From Tubulanus polymorphus (Eukaryota > Animalia > Nemertea): 64,000 bases of DNA. The notes under the pieces are model-generated. The model was not told the DNA's origin, did not search any database, and saw nothing but the letters and a program-made list of their open reading frames with translations. The translations under genes and the position numbers were made by a program. The DNA lies in contig NC_134029.1 of assembly GCF_964204645.1 (NCBI RefSeq), positions 6,262,001 to 6,326,000 of the forward strand, in the 5' to 3' direction. Below, piece by piece: positions 48,401-60,820 of this stretch (positions are counted from its first letter, which is position 1; the number at the start of each line of letters is the position of its first letter).

Positions 48401-51400
48401 ATGTTACAATTTTTCCATCAGGTATTCGGCCGCTTGATATCGGATGAAGGACCCGAAGATGAAAAACGAGATGAATGTCGAGATGACGGAAGCGAGGGCT
48501 CGATAGAGGGCGAAAACGATCTCAAAGAACACATGGTTGGTATATTGTTCAGCAGAAGTAAATTGACGCATCTACAGAAACAGGTAAGGCGAATATACCA
48601 TTTCATAACTGATAGATTTTCTCGATGGGATGTAACTGATGACTGAATGACTGATGAATTGTTGGTTACGATTTTATAGGTGTGCGCTCATATCGTGCTC
48701 GCAATACAGAAAGAAACAAGTCGTGTACGGGAAGAATGGCAGTCTTCTCTCACTGAGGCTAAGATGCTCAACGAGGATCAATCCAGGTAAGTGTCACCTA
48801 ATCTTTATGAAACACTGTCCACGTTGAAATGTTGACACATTAATAGACCACAATACAAAAAGAAAGACTAGTCCGAAAAGGGCTGGTAAATTATTTCACT
48901 GTTTCATCTTTGTCTTATCTCATCTTCCACTAATATTACAACAGAAATAATGTAAAATATATATAGTCCAACAAACGGACTTATCAAGTGATCAAAAATA
49001 ATCCAAACCTACTTCAGCAAAAAAAAACCACTTTTTGATTTGCTACTGAATACATGTATATGACTGTCTGATGTTTGCAGAAGTTCTGATGGTTATTGTT
49101 TCGAGTTGTTGTCGATGGTGCTAGCTCTAAGCGGATCGTCAGTTGGTCGAGCATATTTGGCCCACCAGCATGAGCTGCTTCAAGATCTCCTTAGTCTTCT
49201 ACACACAGCGACACCCAGAGTTCAGAGACAGGTATCTACTAGCAATGAAAACTGCACTATAATCGACAGTCTGCATTTTGGGGGGTTATTAAACATTTCG
49301 AAAACATTAGGTTTGGTGCTGAATATCGTGCCAATATATTTTAGGTGATTTCTTTGCTGCGTCGAGTCCTTCCCGAAGTCGCTCCTCATCAGCTCGGTAA
49401 CGTACTCTCCGTGATGCGGTTACCGCCTCGCGATTTCAGCATTCTAGTCGACTCAACGAATCGAAGTCATTCGATGATTAACTTTGATCCGATGAAGCCC
49501 GGTATAATCGACGTGTTCCTCGCTTGTATCGCAAAATCTTTAACAGTACAGATGAAAGTGAAAAATCACGTTGGTGGAAAAGGCGTGACCAGCGTAACGC
49601 TCGCTGACTGCGGTCTGATTTTGTAAGTGGGCATCTTTCAAAATCTTATTCATAGTAGCCTTGCTCTGGATGTTTTGATTTTGCTGTCTTTTGTAGGGAT
49701 AATGAAGACCCTCGTTGGTGGTTCACTGGTTGCCTTTCGAGTAAACTGGCAAGCAATATCGTCAAGCTACTTAAAGATATGGCATCTGGTAAACTATCGG
49801 ATGCGTGGGCAGCAGTTACTAAAGGTGCTATAGCCGAGGCAATACTCGGTTTAACAAAGTTAGATGACAAACACCGGTTGCCGGCTGAATGTATTAGAAC
49901 ACCAGTCGTAAGTACATTTCATATTTCCGAGAATATTGTATTGTGGATATTTTGACTTGTTTAATGAATTTCTGATGTATTTACTCAAAGCATTCCCACG
50001 TGAAGCCTGCTATCCTTTGATTTACAATTTAATGTCTTTGTGCATACTTTGATGCATTTCCGACGCTGCGGTTATTATTTCAGTTGTGGCTGGCTCTGTC
50101 ATCATTGTGTGTTTTGGATCAAGATCACGTCGAAAGATTGTCATCGGGACAGTGGGTGTCCAAAGACGGGCAAAACCAACAACGGGTAAGTGTGTCTGCT
50201 GATATGTGCTCTATTGAATTTGTACTTGAATATCCATTAAAACATCTGACAAAATGCAACAATTCCATGAGAAATTTCATACATTCGTATATGCGTGTAT
50301 CTCGAATATCTAATCTAATCCAGTTTGTAATGACGTAATTTTATCTGCACTGCAAAAACGATTTATTTCAGCCAACCTGTGATAACCATGACGACGGTGA
50401 AACCATCGCGATTATTCTCTGCACAGAGTGTGGTAATCTATGCGCCGACTGTGACCGATTTCTGCATCTTCATCGTCGAACTCGTAATCATCAAAGACAG
50501 GTGCGTTAAAAACGTTGCCCTTCATTACGGAGATGGTGTTAACTTGGCTAACGCAAAAACGATGATAATGATATTGAGCAATTTGTAAACCTTTCCACAT
50601 ATGATGCTCAAAGCGCTTCCTCCTCATTGCGAAACAGCAATGTTTACAAATAAATCTTAATTTGGTCTATGCTGTCAGATGATCTCATTTGGTAAATTTT
50701 TCCACAATCTTTGGGCCTCATACAGAGGATACAGATTTCCAGGCAAAGTTTTTGCTCTCTTTCCCTTACTTGAAAACATTCCTTACAGAAAGGTTTGTCT
50801 CTAATCTGAGCATTCTTGCACCATATGTATACGGGTTTCATTGATACATGCATTGGAAATTCTGTGCAGGTATTCAAAGAAGAAGAGGAATCCATCAAAG
50901 TTGATCTACATGAAGGATGTGGTCGAACGAAGCTGTTCTGGGTGATGGCGCTAGCCGATTCTAAAACGCTGAAAGCCATGGTTGAATTTCGAGAAGGATC
51001 GAAAGGTACTTGATAACTGAGATAGCCATAGACGATACTAACGCAACTGATTTTAAACATCGCTTCATCATTTCTGTTTACAGGAAAAATCACCGGTGCT
51101 AGTAGTCCAGCGGGTACGGTCGGCACTTGTCGATTCTGCGGTACGCAAGGAAATTCGGGTATTCTCGCAATCGGAAACGTTTGCTCAGATCCAGACTGTC
51201 AGGTTTGAAATACTCTTACTCATTCTGTAAATTCATATGATTTGTAAAGGGTATGTCTCAAGGGAGTCGGCAATCACCATCACTTAATATGATTTTCCAT
51301 ATACAGGAATACGGTAAGATCGCTTGTACTAGAATACACAATTGCGGTCACTTGTGCAATGGTATACGAGATGAACAGGTGTGTTTGCCCTGCCTGAACG

Positions 51401-52796
51401 GCTGTAACAGCGACGAGAACAAAGACTCGTTGAAACAGGATGCCGATGATATGTGTATGATTTGTTTTACCGAAGCTTTAGCAGCTGCTCCCGCCATTCA
51501 GGTACAGCACTGAACTACCAACCTTCCCTTGTCCTTCTTGTTTTTCTGTATAAACCAATTTCAATCTTCTCGTTAGCAGTTAGCGTGCGGCCACGTGTTT
51601 CACTACCGCTGTTGCCGATCTGTGCTCACGCGTAAATGGGTCGGACCCAGGATTACATTCGGTTTTGCTAAATGTCCCATTTGTAAAGTAAGTATGGCAC
51701 AAATTTTGAAAATATTATTTCAATGGTGCAGTCTTTCGACTTCGTCTTAAATGCTTACTGCATCGTTATTTCTGTGCCGAGAACTTGTTTGCCGATAGTT
51801 AAGTGTGTTCCTTGCAGGCGGATATCAGTCACCACGTGCTGAAAGATCTCCTGGATCCGATTAACGTCCTGTACGAAGACGTGCGAAGGAAGGCTTTAAT
51901 GAGATTGGAATACGAGGGTTTGCACAAAGCGGAGGCGATTACCGGCGCCGGTGGACGCTACTGGAATGATCCTGCCGGATACGCTATGGATAGATATGCC
52001 TATTACGTTTGTTATAAATGCAAAAAGGTTCGTTTTGATTTTTGTCATTCAGTGACAAAAGTTCGTTGTTCGGGGCATTTAATTTTTCATGGGTATGGGA
52101 TTGAATTTTCAGGCGTATTACGGAGGAGAGGCACGTTGCGATGAACAGTTGGAAGGTGGTGATGATTACGACCAGACGGAGTTAGTGTGCGGGGGATGTT
52201 CAGATGTTTCTAGAGCTCAGGTACATTAACGCCCACTGTGCCCTAGATATATTGATTCTTTACGTCGAGTCAAGTCCCGCAATCATTTATCGATTCATCA
52301 TTTTTCAGATGTGCCCCAAACACGGCACCGATTTCCTCGAGTATAAATGTCGGTACTGCTGTTCAGTGGCTGTGTTTTTCTGTTTCGGAACGACGCATTT
52401 CTGTAATCCGTGTCACGACGCTTTCCAACGAGTCACTAACATTCCAAAGAGTGAGCTGCCTCACTGTCCTGCAGGTAAAATTAATACCCGGTACTACTAC
52501 GTGATGTACTGGAAATTGTGTGACGATAAATCCAGATACAGTGTGTAACTAAATATGAAAAGATTCATACTGAATGTGAATGTTAGACAAGAATACCTGT
52601 TTTACTCTGCATGTGTTTTTGTTAGTTCTGAGATATCTGACCATGTGTGTTTTGCAAATTCGGTATTCTTTTCTCTTCAGGTCCAAAAGGTAAACAATTG
52701 GAGGGCGACGAATGCCCACTACACGTTCAGCATCCACCAACCGGTGAAGAGTTCGCCCTCGGCTGCGGAGTGTGTCGAAACGCGCACACGTTTTGA
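15416..52796 (+). CDS. MYCBP2: E3 ubiquitin ligase MYCBP2 / Highwire / RPM-1 (PHR protein), complete multi-exon gene
   Basis: ATG 15416 ([12 protein letters not shown]) spliced to [11 protein letters not shown] (near 16731). RCC1-like repeats about 19700-23720 ([20 protein letters not shown]). PHR1 about 25080-28540 and PHR2 about 30960-31770 ([16 protein letters not shown]). [18 protein letters not shown] near 42710. DOC-like region 47146-48150. B-box and RING-H2 ([12 protein letters not shown]) and tandem-cysteine domain ([19 protein letters not shown]). Ends [14 protein letters not shown] at 52796. Confidence 0.97.
16321..16601. mobile_element. MITE family A copy with 5-bp TSD AAGCA
   Basis: AAGCA-CAGGGTGGCCAC...GTGGCCACCCCG-AAGCA. 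Confidence 0.8.
22318..22581. mobile_element. MITE family A-related copy with 5-bp TSD AAATT
   Basis: AAATT-CAGGGTGGTCAC...GTGGCCACCCTG-AAATT; interior resembles 4260-4400. Confidence 0.8.
26193..26327 (+). CDS. MYCBP2: MYCBP2 PHR1 alternative exon A (candidate mutually exclusive)
   Basis: 135 nt, AAG|...|GTGAGT, phase 2-2; encodes (R)[44 protein letters not shown](Q). Confidence 0.9.
26391..26525 (+). CDS. MYCBP2: MYCBP2 PHR1 alternative exon B (candidate mutually exclusive)
   Basis: 135 nt, TAG|...|GTAAGT, phase 2-2; encodes (R)[44 protein letters not shown](P). Confidence 0.9.
27720..28007. mobile_element. Non-autonomous piggyBac-type MITE
   Basis: TTAA-CCCTTTC...GAAAGGG-TTAA. Internal palindrome TACACCGCA[GC]TGCGGT occurs three times (about 27829, 27931, 27974). 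Confidence 0.8.
30638..30880. mobile_element. TIR element (CAGGGG..GATTGATG / CATCAATC..CCCCT); related copy at about 19362-19588
   Basis: Inverted termini and similar interior in two introns. Confidence 0.55.
34407..34649. mobile_element. TIR element; diverged second copy at about 29512-29730
   Basis: GCTGCCGC..CTACGAGTTATCT ... AGATAACTCGTAG..GCGGCAGC. Interior (ACGTAGTCAGC, ATGAGCATTG, TTGCCAGC[CT]AATCAG) is shared with 29512-29730. Confidence 0.65.
36832..37211. mobile_element. MITE family A copy (TSD TTCTG) with a nested family D MITE at about 36918-37072
   Basis: TTCTG flanks both ends. The nested insert CTGGGCCCGGTTTCATAGA...TCTATGAAACCCAGCCCTG is also present at about 58883-59049. 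Confidence 0.75.
38281..38502 (+). CDS. MYCBP2: MYCBP2 central-region exon X (Pro/Ser-rich, ends [17 protein letters not shown])
   Basis: 222 nt, phase 1-1, TAG|...|GTGAGA, open frame. Confidence 0.85.
39559..39798 (+). CDS. MYCBP2: MYCBP2 central-region exon Y (paralog of X, ends [17 protein letters not shown])
   Basis: 240 nt, phase 1-1, CAG|...|GTAAGA, open frame, same C-terminal motif as exon X. Confidence 0.75.
40842..41077. mobile_element. MITE family A copy
   Basis: TAATT-CAGGGTGGCCAC...GTGGCTACCCTG-TAATC. Confidence 0.75.
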
Positions 52797-53483
52797 TAAT
52801 GGACGTCATTAGGTTATTTAAAAAAAAAACTTGTATAGAAAAATAGAAAATGTTTGCTGTGATTATATCTCGACGTGGAAAGATGTATCGAAACCAGTAT
52901 TCGAAGATAATTTGTGATCGCTTCTCGCAAGTAAAAAAACGAAATGTGTAAAATAGTCCTTAAATAGATTTGTCAATTCGAAGGAACTTTAGATTGTCGA
53001 TTATTTAGATTTATCGTATTCAAAATCATTATTTATGAGAATCTCCGCTGCGAAAATATTTGTAGAAAGTATAGTACTTAATTAGAAATATGATATTGAA
53101 ATTGAGTTTCGAGTGACTTTGAATTGTTTTGAGATTGGGTGAGATACGTGCATTTAATCGTGGAATTGACCCCGACCACATCGAAATATACTTTGATAAG
53201 TAGATCGCCTGCAGCCAATAACTGTTCGGCCAGTTGGAAAACCGTATTATGGTATATCTGCCTTTCCTCTATCGCCATTATTGACGCCACTGGGGATATT
53301 TCGGGATGCGTAAAAATTCAGAGTAGTAATTTTCATAATTCATTCGTTCATCATGCGCGTATTTTTAGCGTGTACATATTATATAAATTCGCCGAGTCAT
53401 TTCGAATGTAAGCACTCGTTTCTGTGAACCACCGATCATTTTGTTTGCTTTTTATTCAGAGATCTCATCAACGCATTATTGTA

Positions 53484-54847
53484 AATAAAACCCGACTGAT
53501 TCAAATCAATGAGAAAGGGTGGTGCTTCACTCTGCATGAACATCAAGTGTGTCGTATATCTTTCTGTTTTGAGATTTCATTGTTTTGCATCACTTGCTGT
53601 ATCACTTCTAAGAGAAAAAAAATTGGTCTTGAATTCAGTTATGTTTTGAGTTGACAAATGCAGCTTAATCTTATCATATCGTATAACTTTGCAATAATGA
53701 TATTCCGTACATGGATAGATTTTTGATATCATGAGATATCGCCTATTCTACTACTATTATAAATCCCTCCTGTCTTTCTCTCTGTATGTGAAAATTTCTA
53801 CATCTCAGGTTGCAGTCATAAGCCAACAACAGTTATATTGTGGTCGACTTTAATATGATGATATATGATTTAGATACACATTTATTACTAATTGGTGTTG
53901 TGTAGACAAAAATTTTACCCCTTCTGATCTGAATTACTGATTTTAAACTGTACCAGAGATGATTGCATAGTTAAAAGTTCGCTCATTTCTAATAATAAAA
54001 CCAGTCTTAAAACTGGTTCTATTTGCACAGATCGAGCTCTCTCTGGTCCTTTGATGATAAGAGTTATTCATATGAGTTTTAAGCTCAATTGATTATTTCA
54101 TAATAAATCTAACAATTGATGTCCCAAACCATGATTTTGCACTTATGCATCGCCTTGCATTAGCTATTACCGGTCATTCAATCAAAGACCAGTGTCAGCT
54201 CATTTCTTCTCTAACCAATCCAAGGAATTTAGATCACTTTTATTTATCAAGAACACTTATGAAGACAGTGCAAGCGCACTCAAAATTTGGTGCCGATTAT
54301 TTGAACCTTGTAGCAAAAAAGAAACATAGATATTTAATCGATATAATAAAACACTGTAACTGTTAGTGCATGTACTCGTATCACTCGATATATTATCATG
54401 AGTCTTTTTCGTCAGTGCATTTTGATTGAACCAAAATAATTAATGGATGGTTTTTTATTATTATTAATTCGACAAGTGTGTCAGTGGATGACGCTTGTGC
54501 GTATTATTTTTTCATCATTTCATACTGGTCGCCGATGCTTTCTCGAACTTTTGAAGCGCCATACGTTGTAATATTTCGTGTAAATTATATATAATGAATG
54601 TATGAATTTAAGCATTACCATTATTATTACAGAGTTTCGTTGTGGTCATATATATGATATTAGATATATATATAGTCATGAATGTACATGTGTGCTTGTA
54701 TCAATTTTGTACACTTGTTAAAAAACTGCTATTGGAAAATCGTGAAAATATACGTGTGTATTATAAATAAAATACTAGAGTAAATGTCTATAGTAATGAT
54801 ATTAATGATAATAATGATTAAATGCTATCACATTCAAGTTAAATAAA
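53484..54847 (+). promoter_or_regulatory. MYCBP2 3' UTR with several candidate polyadenylation signals
   Basis: AATAAA at 53484, 53994, 54101, 54766 and 54842 downstream of the TGA at 52796. Confidence 0.5.
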
Positions 54848-55160
54848 TGAAGAATGTACTGAGTAAATAGTGAAATTCTTTCTTTTTAGAGAACATATCT
54901 ATTCAGTTTGGATTCGCCATACTTAATGTTAAGATTCAAACGAATTTTCTCTGGGTGTTCTCTGTTGCCTGCTGTAAAGGATTGAGGATTCGCAACCAGA
55001 CTAAAACATTCTTTTTTGAGGAATACATTCTTGGAGAGCATGTAAAGGATTTGAACTGTTGAGTACGGAAGGCGCGCGGAGGACGTCCCTTAGGTAAACG
55101 CGTATATGTGGATACTACGAAGTGTCTTCTTAACCGATTCTGACTAGCTGACAAAGTCAG

Positions 55161-56419
55161 AAACTAGGGGTCCAGGGACACCATGCCCACTTGGGAAGTG
55201 GTTTCAAATGCTCAACAATCTAACAATTTCAATATTCAACGCCCTCTGGTGACCATATACAAAAACCAATGACCTTGAAAGTCAATACAATCATAAAACA
55301 TGTCAGCAGCTACGATTTTGTAATTGATTGTGATAACAAAAAATGCCTCGTTACTAATTTAATATGGAAATACTAAGTTAATCTACTATTCAACGCCCCC
55401 TGGTGACCATGTTCAAAACCCAATAACCTTGTAACTTACCATATTCATAGAACATGTCATGAACTACAACTTTGCAATTGATCATGGTAACAAAATATGC
55501 CTAGGTACCAATATAATAAGGAAATACCAGGTTATTCTACTATTCAACGCCCCCTGGTGACCATATAGAATAACTAATTTCCTTAAAACTCACCACAATC
55601 ATAGATGATGTCATGAGCTACAACTTTGCGATTGATTGCGGTAACAAAATATGTATTGGTACAAATATAATATAGAAATACTAAGATATTGTATTATTCA
55701 ACGCCCCCTGGTGGCCATATACAAAACTTGAAACTCACCCCAATCATAGAACACGTTATACGCTACAACTTTCTAATTCATTGTTGTAACAAAATATGCT
55801 TAGGTAACAATATAATGTCGAAAAACTTTTTCCCACCTACGAATGAGTACTAATGACACCAAGATGGCCGCCAATTGCGTCATAATTGGCGGATCAAAAA
55901 TACCTATCTCAGGTATAAAACATCCCTTTACAAAAAATACCAATCACAAATTGCAATGAGAAATGGCAAACCAGTAGGAACCAGTAGGAAGCTACAGGAC
56001 CTAGAATTCTGGCCAAAATTGACATTTATGGGCACTAAAAAGGTCATAGGACGGCCATCTTGAGTCAGATGGACCCAATTTTTCTTATGCTGATGGGCCC
56101 TTGGTAGATTCAAATATATTCGAAAGATCAAGGTAATTGATCATATCGTCTTCAAAATTTCCCTCGTAAACTTCGAAAATGTGTAAAAAGTGCTTATTTT
56201 GGCGACCAACAATGGCTGCCAGTCGGCCATCTTGATTCTAATAGGGCCAGTTTTTGGGCTGAAGATGTGTCTAGGGTAGATACATGTATAAACCAAATAT
56301 CAAGACATTACCTTGAAGAGTCTTCAAAACTTTACGGACGGACATACGGACGGACGGACGACGGATGAAAAGTGAATGCAATAGCCCGCTGGGACTAAAG
56401 TCCCAAGTGGGCTAAAAAA
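55161..56419 (+). mobile_element. Non-autonomous Helentron-type element (HINE / DINE-1 / pearl-like) with an internal 154-bp tandem array
   Basis: Subterminal inverted repeat GCCCACTTGGGA (55185) / TCCCAAGTGGGC (56401). ATTCAACGCCC recurs at 55234, 55388, 55542 and 55696 (period 154). (GGAC)n microsatellite about 56335-56364. 3' hairpin AGCCCGCTGGGACTAAAGTCCCAAGTGGGCT followed by an A-run. Confidence 0.8.
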
Positions 56420-56714
56420 TGACGTCACTTGACGTCTGGTTTGAAGTTCATGGGGAAATTGGAAGTAGAATTACGTCACGCTAAAATCTGGCATTCCACT
56501 AACTAAAATACGGTAACTTATGGATCGGGTTATTTCAGAATGTATTTATTTCATGAAATTTCAAACAAGATTGGGTCGATGAATAGTTTAACAATGAACC
56601 GCGTTGATCGATTGAGTTGAAAATAGCTGATATTCCCTTAGCAACAAAGTACACACGAACAAAATTCTGATGCATATTTCCAGAGCAAATCTCCAGAAGA
56701 TGTTTGAATTTTAC

Positions 56715-59700
56715 CTGGTTTACTGGTCAATCTTAGAATAGCACATCTCATTTCATAAATACAATTCTCGAGATCTTCAGGAGGGATAGCATCTTTATGA
56801 GTTCCTACGATGATAACAGGGCGTCCGGGAGCTCTCGCGTGGATATTTACGAGCCACGGTTTCAATGTTTCGACTTCACTGAGACTGCGAGATAAATCAT
56901 AAACCACCTGAAAAATACATATCATATTCTATGACTCTATGACTTCTACTTTAAGGGGAGGGAAAGTTAATTTCATATTTGACCAAAGTTCTGGGTAATG
57001 GTTATCAGTAAACTTCATACTCTAGTTCCACAGTTGTTTCAGTTCAATCTGACTCTGGATACAGTTCCAGCAGATCCAGTTGCACAGTTGTGTGGGTTTA
57101 ATTTGACTCTGGACCCAGTTCCACAGTTGTAAGTTGAGAAATTTGATTGTGAACTTAGTTCCAGATCCACAAGAGATATAAAAATGAGGAAGAGTTTTTA
57201 TTTACCAGATAAAGCGCTCTGTTGGGGAGGAAACACTGATGAGTGCTGTAGAACTCTTCCTGACCCGCGAAATCCCACGTACTCAATGTATAAGAAACAG
57301 GTCTAGAATCTCTATCTCTTCCATCTCGAACCGGTCTCGCTGTTAAAACTCTAGAAATAAATTACATCCATCTAGAGCCTGGTCACAAACACAGAAAAAT
57401 TGGCATAATGGTATATTTGAGGTGTGAAGCATTTCTATGATCTCACCTCCAGTCTTTAACGAGAATCCCGACCGTGGTGACACTTTTTTCGTTGCTATGT
57501 GCTGATTTTTTCGGTCTCTGCAGCGTACGAAGTACGACCTCCGAATCCGACTACCATCATCTTAATGCGGTAATATTCTTCTGACTAAAATATAGATTAT
57601 GAGGTTCTAATCGTAGTGCCAACAGTAGAGCCTTATCTAAAAGGCTCCACTGTAGAGCTGGACCCAGTTCCACAGTTAGAGTTAACTCTCAGTTAAAGTT
57701 GGTTCATTTTCAATGAGTAACTCAGAGTGAAATCTATACTTCAAACTGTGGAACTGGACCCAGAATAATGAGGGGAGGAGAGAGGATAGAGAAAAGGAGG
57801 AGAGAGGTGAAAGGAGAGGGGAAACGTCCAGCGTTTAGCATCTAACCCGAGGTTCAGCTTATCGATATTGTTGTTTGATAGCAGTAATTCACGTAGGTTA
57901 TTTGTCTGTTTTTTTTTTTGGAGGGAATCCTACGAGTCCATTACCGCTGATATCTAGAGCTCGCAATCTACAATCAACAATCAAATACTAACTTCAATAC
58001 GATCTGGACTACTAGACCCCACGATCCAATTCCATAAGTTGTTGGTTTAATTTGAATCTAAAGCTGAAATTAGTACATTTCCAATGTCTTTTTTAGAACT
58101 GTAGAACTAGGAAAATCTCATTTCGGTCCAGTCCATACTTGAGACTAAACATAAGACTGGGATAAACTAACTTTTGTCTAGTTCTACAGAGACACAAAAA
58201 ATCTCAGTCCAGGCTTAATTTTCACTGTACCTCTTTTTTTGGTAATCAAAATTTCCTCTAGAAAATTGAGAAAATCGTGAAAATGATTATCAAACCTAAT
58301 TTGAATGTCAAAGAAATGGGAACTAAGCAGAACTTGTTGAAAATATCCCTAAAATCTTTATATCTGAATTCAAATAAAACTTAAGCTGTGCTAGGGGAGG
58401 TATCGAAGAGGTACAGTGAAAATTAAGCCTGGACTGAGATTTTTTGTGTTAATTAAACAATTTTGTGGAACTGATTCCAGAGATCAGTTTCACACTCAGG
58501 TTAAAACATTCAATTCTAATTCTCAAGTCGAGCTGTAGAACTGGGATTGAGATGTTTGTTTCTTACCGACAGGAATGACTTTATCTCCGAAATGACTTTA
58601 TCTCCGACCGCTGCTTGTTTACGTCTGGGATCTTTATTACTGAACAGAGTATTCGCTCCACTAACCATCTGCTGTTTCCACGTTTCAATCTCTTGTGTGG
58701 CCAGTCGACAAATACAAACTGTTTACGAGTTGCTGCATTTAAAAACAATTACCAAAATACATGAACAAATACAAGGAAATATCTGTTACTCATCTACCGG
58801 TTACAGACAGACGACTTTCAAAACTAGTCAGTTATAATGAATAACCCCGCACTGGTATCACTGTTTCTGAGTATTGGGAAACCTGGGCCCGGTTTCATAG
58901 ACTGAGTATCGAAGTTATCCCTAGGGGTAAATCCTCAATCTGGGTGACAAAACCACCATGGTTACAATGAGAAACCATGGTAATAACTGACAAATTTAAA
59001 AATGTTCCCAGGGACTATTTTTCTTCCACATCTATGAAACCCAGCCCTGTCACTTATTGCTCCTTTAAGATAGGATTTAGATAAATCTCGAAACCCTCGA
59101 ATAATCCAACTTTGAAATATCAAGAATAATGTGGAATAATTCATAATCAGGGGCTGCAGTTGCTAAAAAGTTGGTTATAGTTAACTAGTTGACATGGTGA
59201 CAATCAAAAGACCAACTTTTGTCAACTCTGTTTTTTTGGGAAGCAGATTCAGATTCCTACTTACGTCGATAATCTTTGAATAAATAATTTTCGGAATATC
59301 GTTTCCGTAGTAACGGAGAATTCGGTTGAGCACTGTTGAAATCGAACGGTTTGATTTTGCAGACGTCCGGCGAAGATTGTCGTTTTAAACGCAACTTCGA
59401 CAGAAATGATCGCCGTTCGATGTTTTGTCGGTAAACCGTATCGGGACAAGTCGACATCTGTTTAGATATGTCTTCATTTTCTCGTAAATCTAAACAAAAA
59501 TCAAATAACTAATAATCTACTGGAAAGAATAACCCACAATTAGGAAGCAAGACTACAAGAGAAGAGTTAGATTGCTGACTTACCGATATCTACGGGGTAT
59601 CTGAGCGCCAGTCGACTACCCATTAAAACCTGACTCTCAACTGATAAATTCAGACAGCTTCGCGCTTGTTGTCGAGCTCTTGTTTGTTGCATTAATGGCT

Positions 59701-60820
59701 TCAGTTGGTCGTCTTCTGCAAAAATATAGGATTTTCTTTAAATTTTGTGTTAATGAATCGGAAATGTTACAGCGCGAAAATAAATCGGAAATCTTATAAA
59801 ACTTGTATCTATCCCATTGCGAGGCATCTTGATACTTTTTGTGATCTGGTTCCTGATAAGTTAGTAGGGTAATCTTATTATTGTTTGTAAGCTTTAATTA
59901 AGGTTCGTGGAAACATCCAATCGTAAAACTCAACCACAGACTGGTATTTCTGACCAAGTCCTGGAGGCAGTTCCACGATTTTTGAGTTTGAATTGAACTG
60001 CGCAATAAACCAATTGATAATGAATTGATTCTTACTCTAAGAATAGGGGAACCGAGTTCTGCTAGTTAGACACTCACCAGTAGGTTTAGATACCCTATCA
60101 GGGGAGTCTAATAGCGTAGCTATCAACCATTCTGGTTGAATATTCCTGAGGTTTAAACCACTCCACGATACAATGCCAGCTACAAAATAAACAAGACATC
60201 TTCACCTACAAAACATTCTTATCTTGAACACAATATTCAAAGATACGGTTTCATAGTTTCGAATCAAGTTTGAAACTAACTCACAACCGTGAAACTAGAA
60301 GATTTGTTCAGTACTAACCTTCTTTATCAAATCCCATATGAAGCAGCATGCCTGTAATATTATGAGCTTCTAAATCTAAACTTAATTTCAGCGGTGTTTG
60401 TACATCATTCATACCCTGAAAATGTATACAACCACTTCACAGTCGGACCTCAAAGAAAGTTAACCTTTAAATTTGATAATTTCTATCTATAACTCAGTGT
60501 AGGGTTAATTCCAGTCAAGATCTAGATACAAGATGCTTCTTCGATTAGTCTTAGGGACACTCATAGCATGTTCTTATCTAAAACTGATCTTAAGATGAAA
60601 ATGAGCTCAGCCAGATGTGATTTATGGATTTCAGTAGATATAAACTGGACTGGCTGGCTCTCTCACTGGAGTCACTGATACTCGATATATCGATATATAC
60701 CTGTTGAAGCAGACACTGTACCATAGCCTCGTTCTGATGTCGACAGGCGTAGCAGATCGGAGTATCCTGACCTTCACCTTGATTACAATCAACCCCTAAT
60801 TCTATTAAACACTCGACAAC
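56715..60820 (-). pseudogene. LRRK2: LRRK2-like (ROCO) unprocessed pseudogene fragment: ankyrin and linker exons joined to a partial ROC GTPase
   Basis: Ankyrin exon VVECLIELGVDCNQGEGQDTPICYAC (60820-60701) and IVSWSGLNLRNIQPEWL (about 60179-60078). ROC exons YRIKMMVVGFGGR..TVGILVKDW (57584-57447), STWDFAGQEEFYSTHQCFL (57350-57206), VVYDLS..LKPWLVNIHARAPGRPVIIVGTHKD (56907-56715). P-loop GK[ST] deleted with frameshift. No LRR, COR, kinase or WD40 exons seen. Confidence 0.8.
58192..58449. mobile_element. Young MITE with 44-bp perfect TIRs
   Basis: ACACAAAAAATCTCAGTCCAGGCTTAATTTTCACTGTACCTCTT ... AAGAGGTACAGTGAAAATTAAGCCTGGACTGAGATTTTTTGTGT. Confidence 0.8.

Noticed and set aside
12068-52796. 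Apparent synteny with human, where a CLN gene neighbours MYCBP2
   Set aside because: The human neighbour is CLN5, which is unrelated in sequence to CLN6; the similarity is in name only.
54936-55154. Minus-strand ORF as a possible last exon of the LRRK2-like gene
   Set aside because: No recognisable ROC, COR, kinase or WD40 similarity in any frame.
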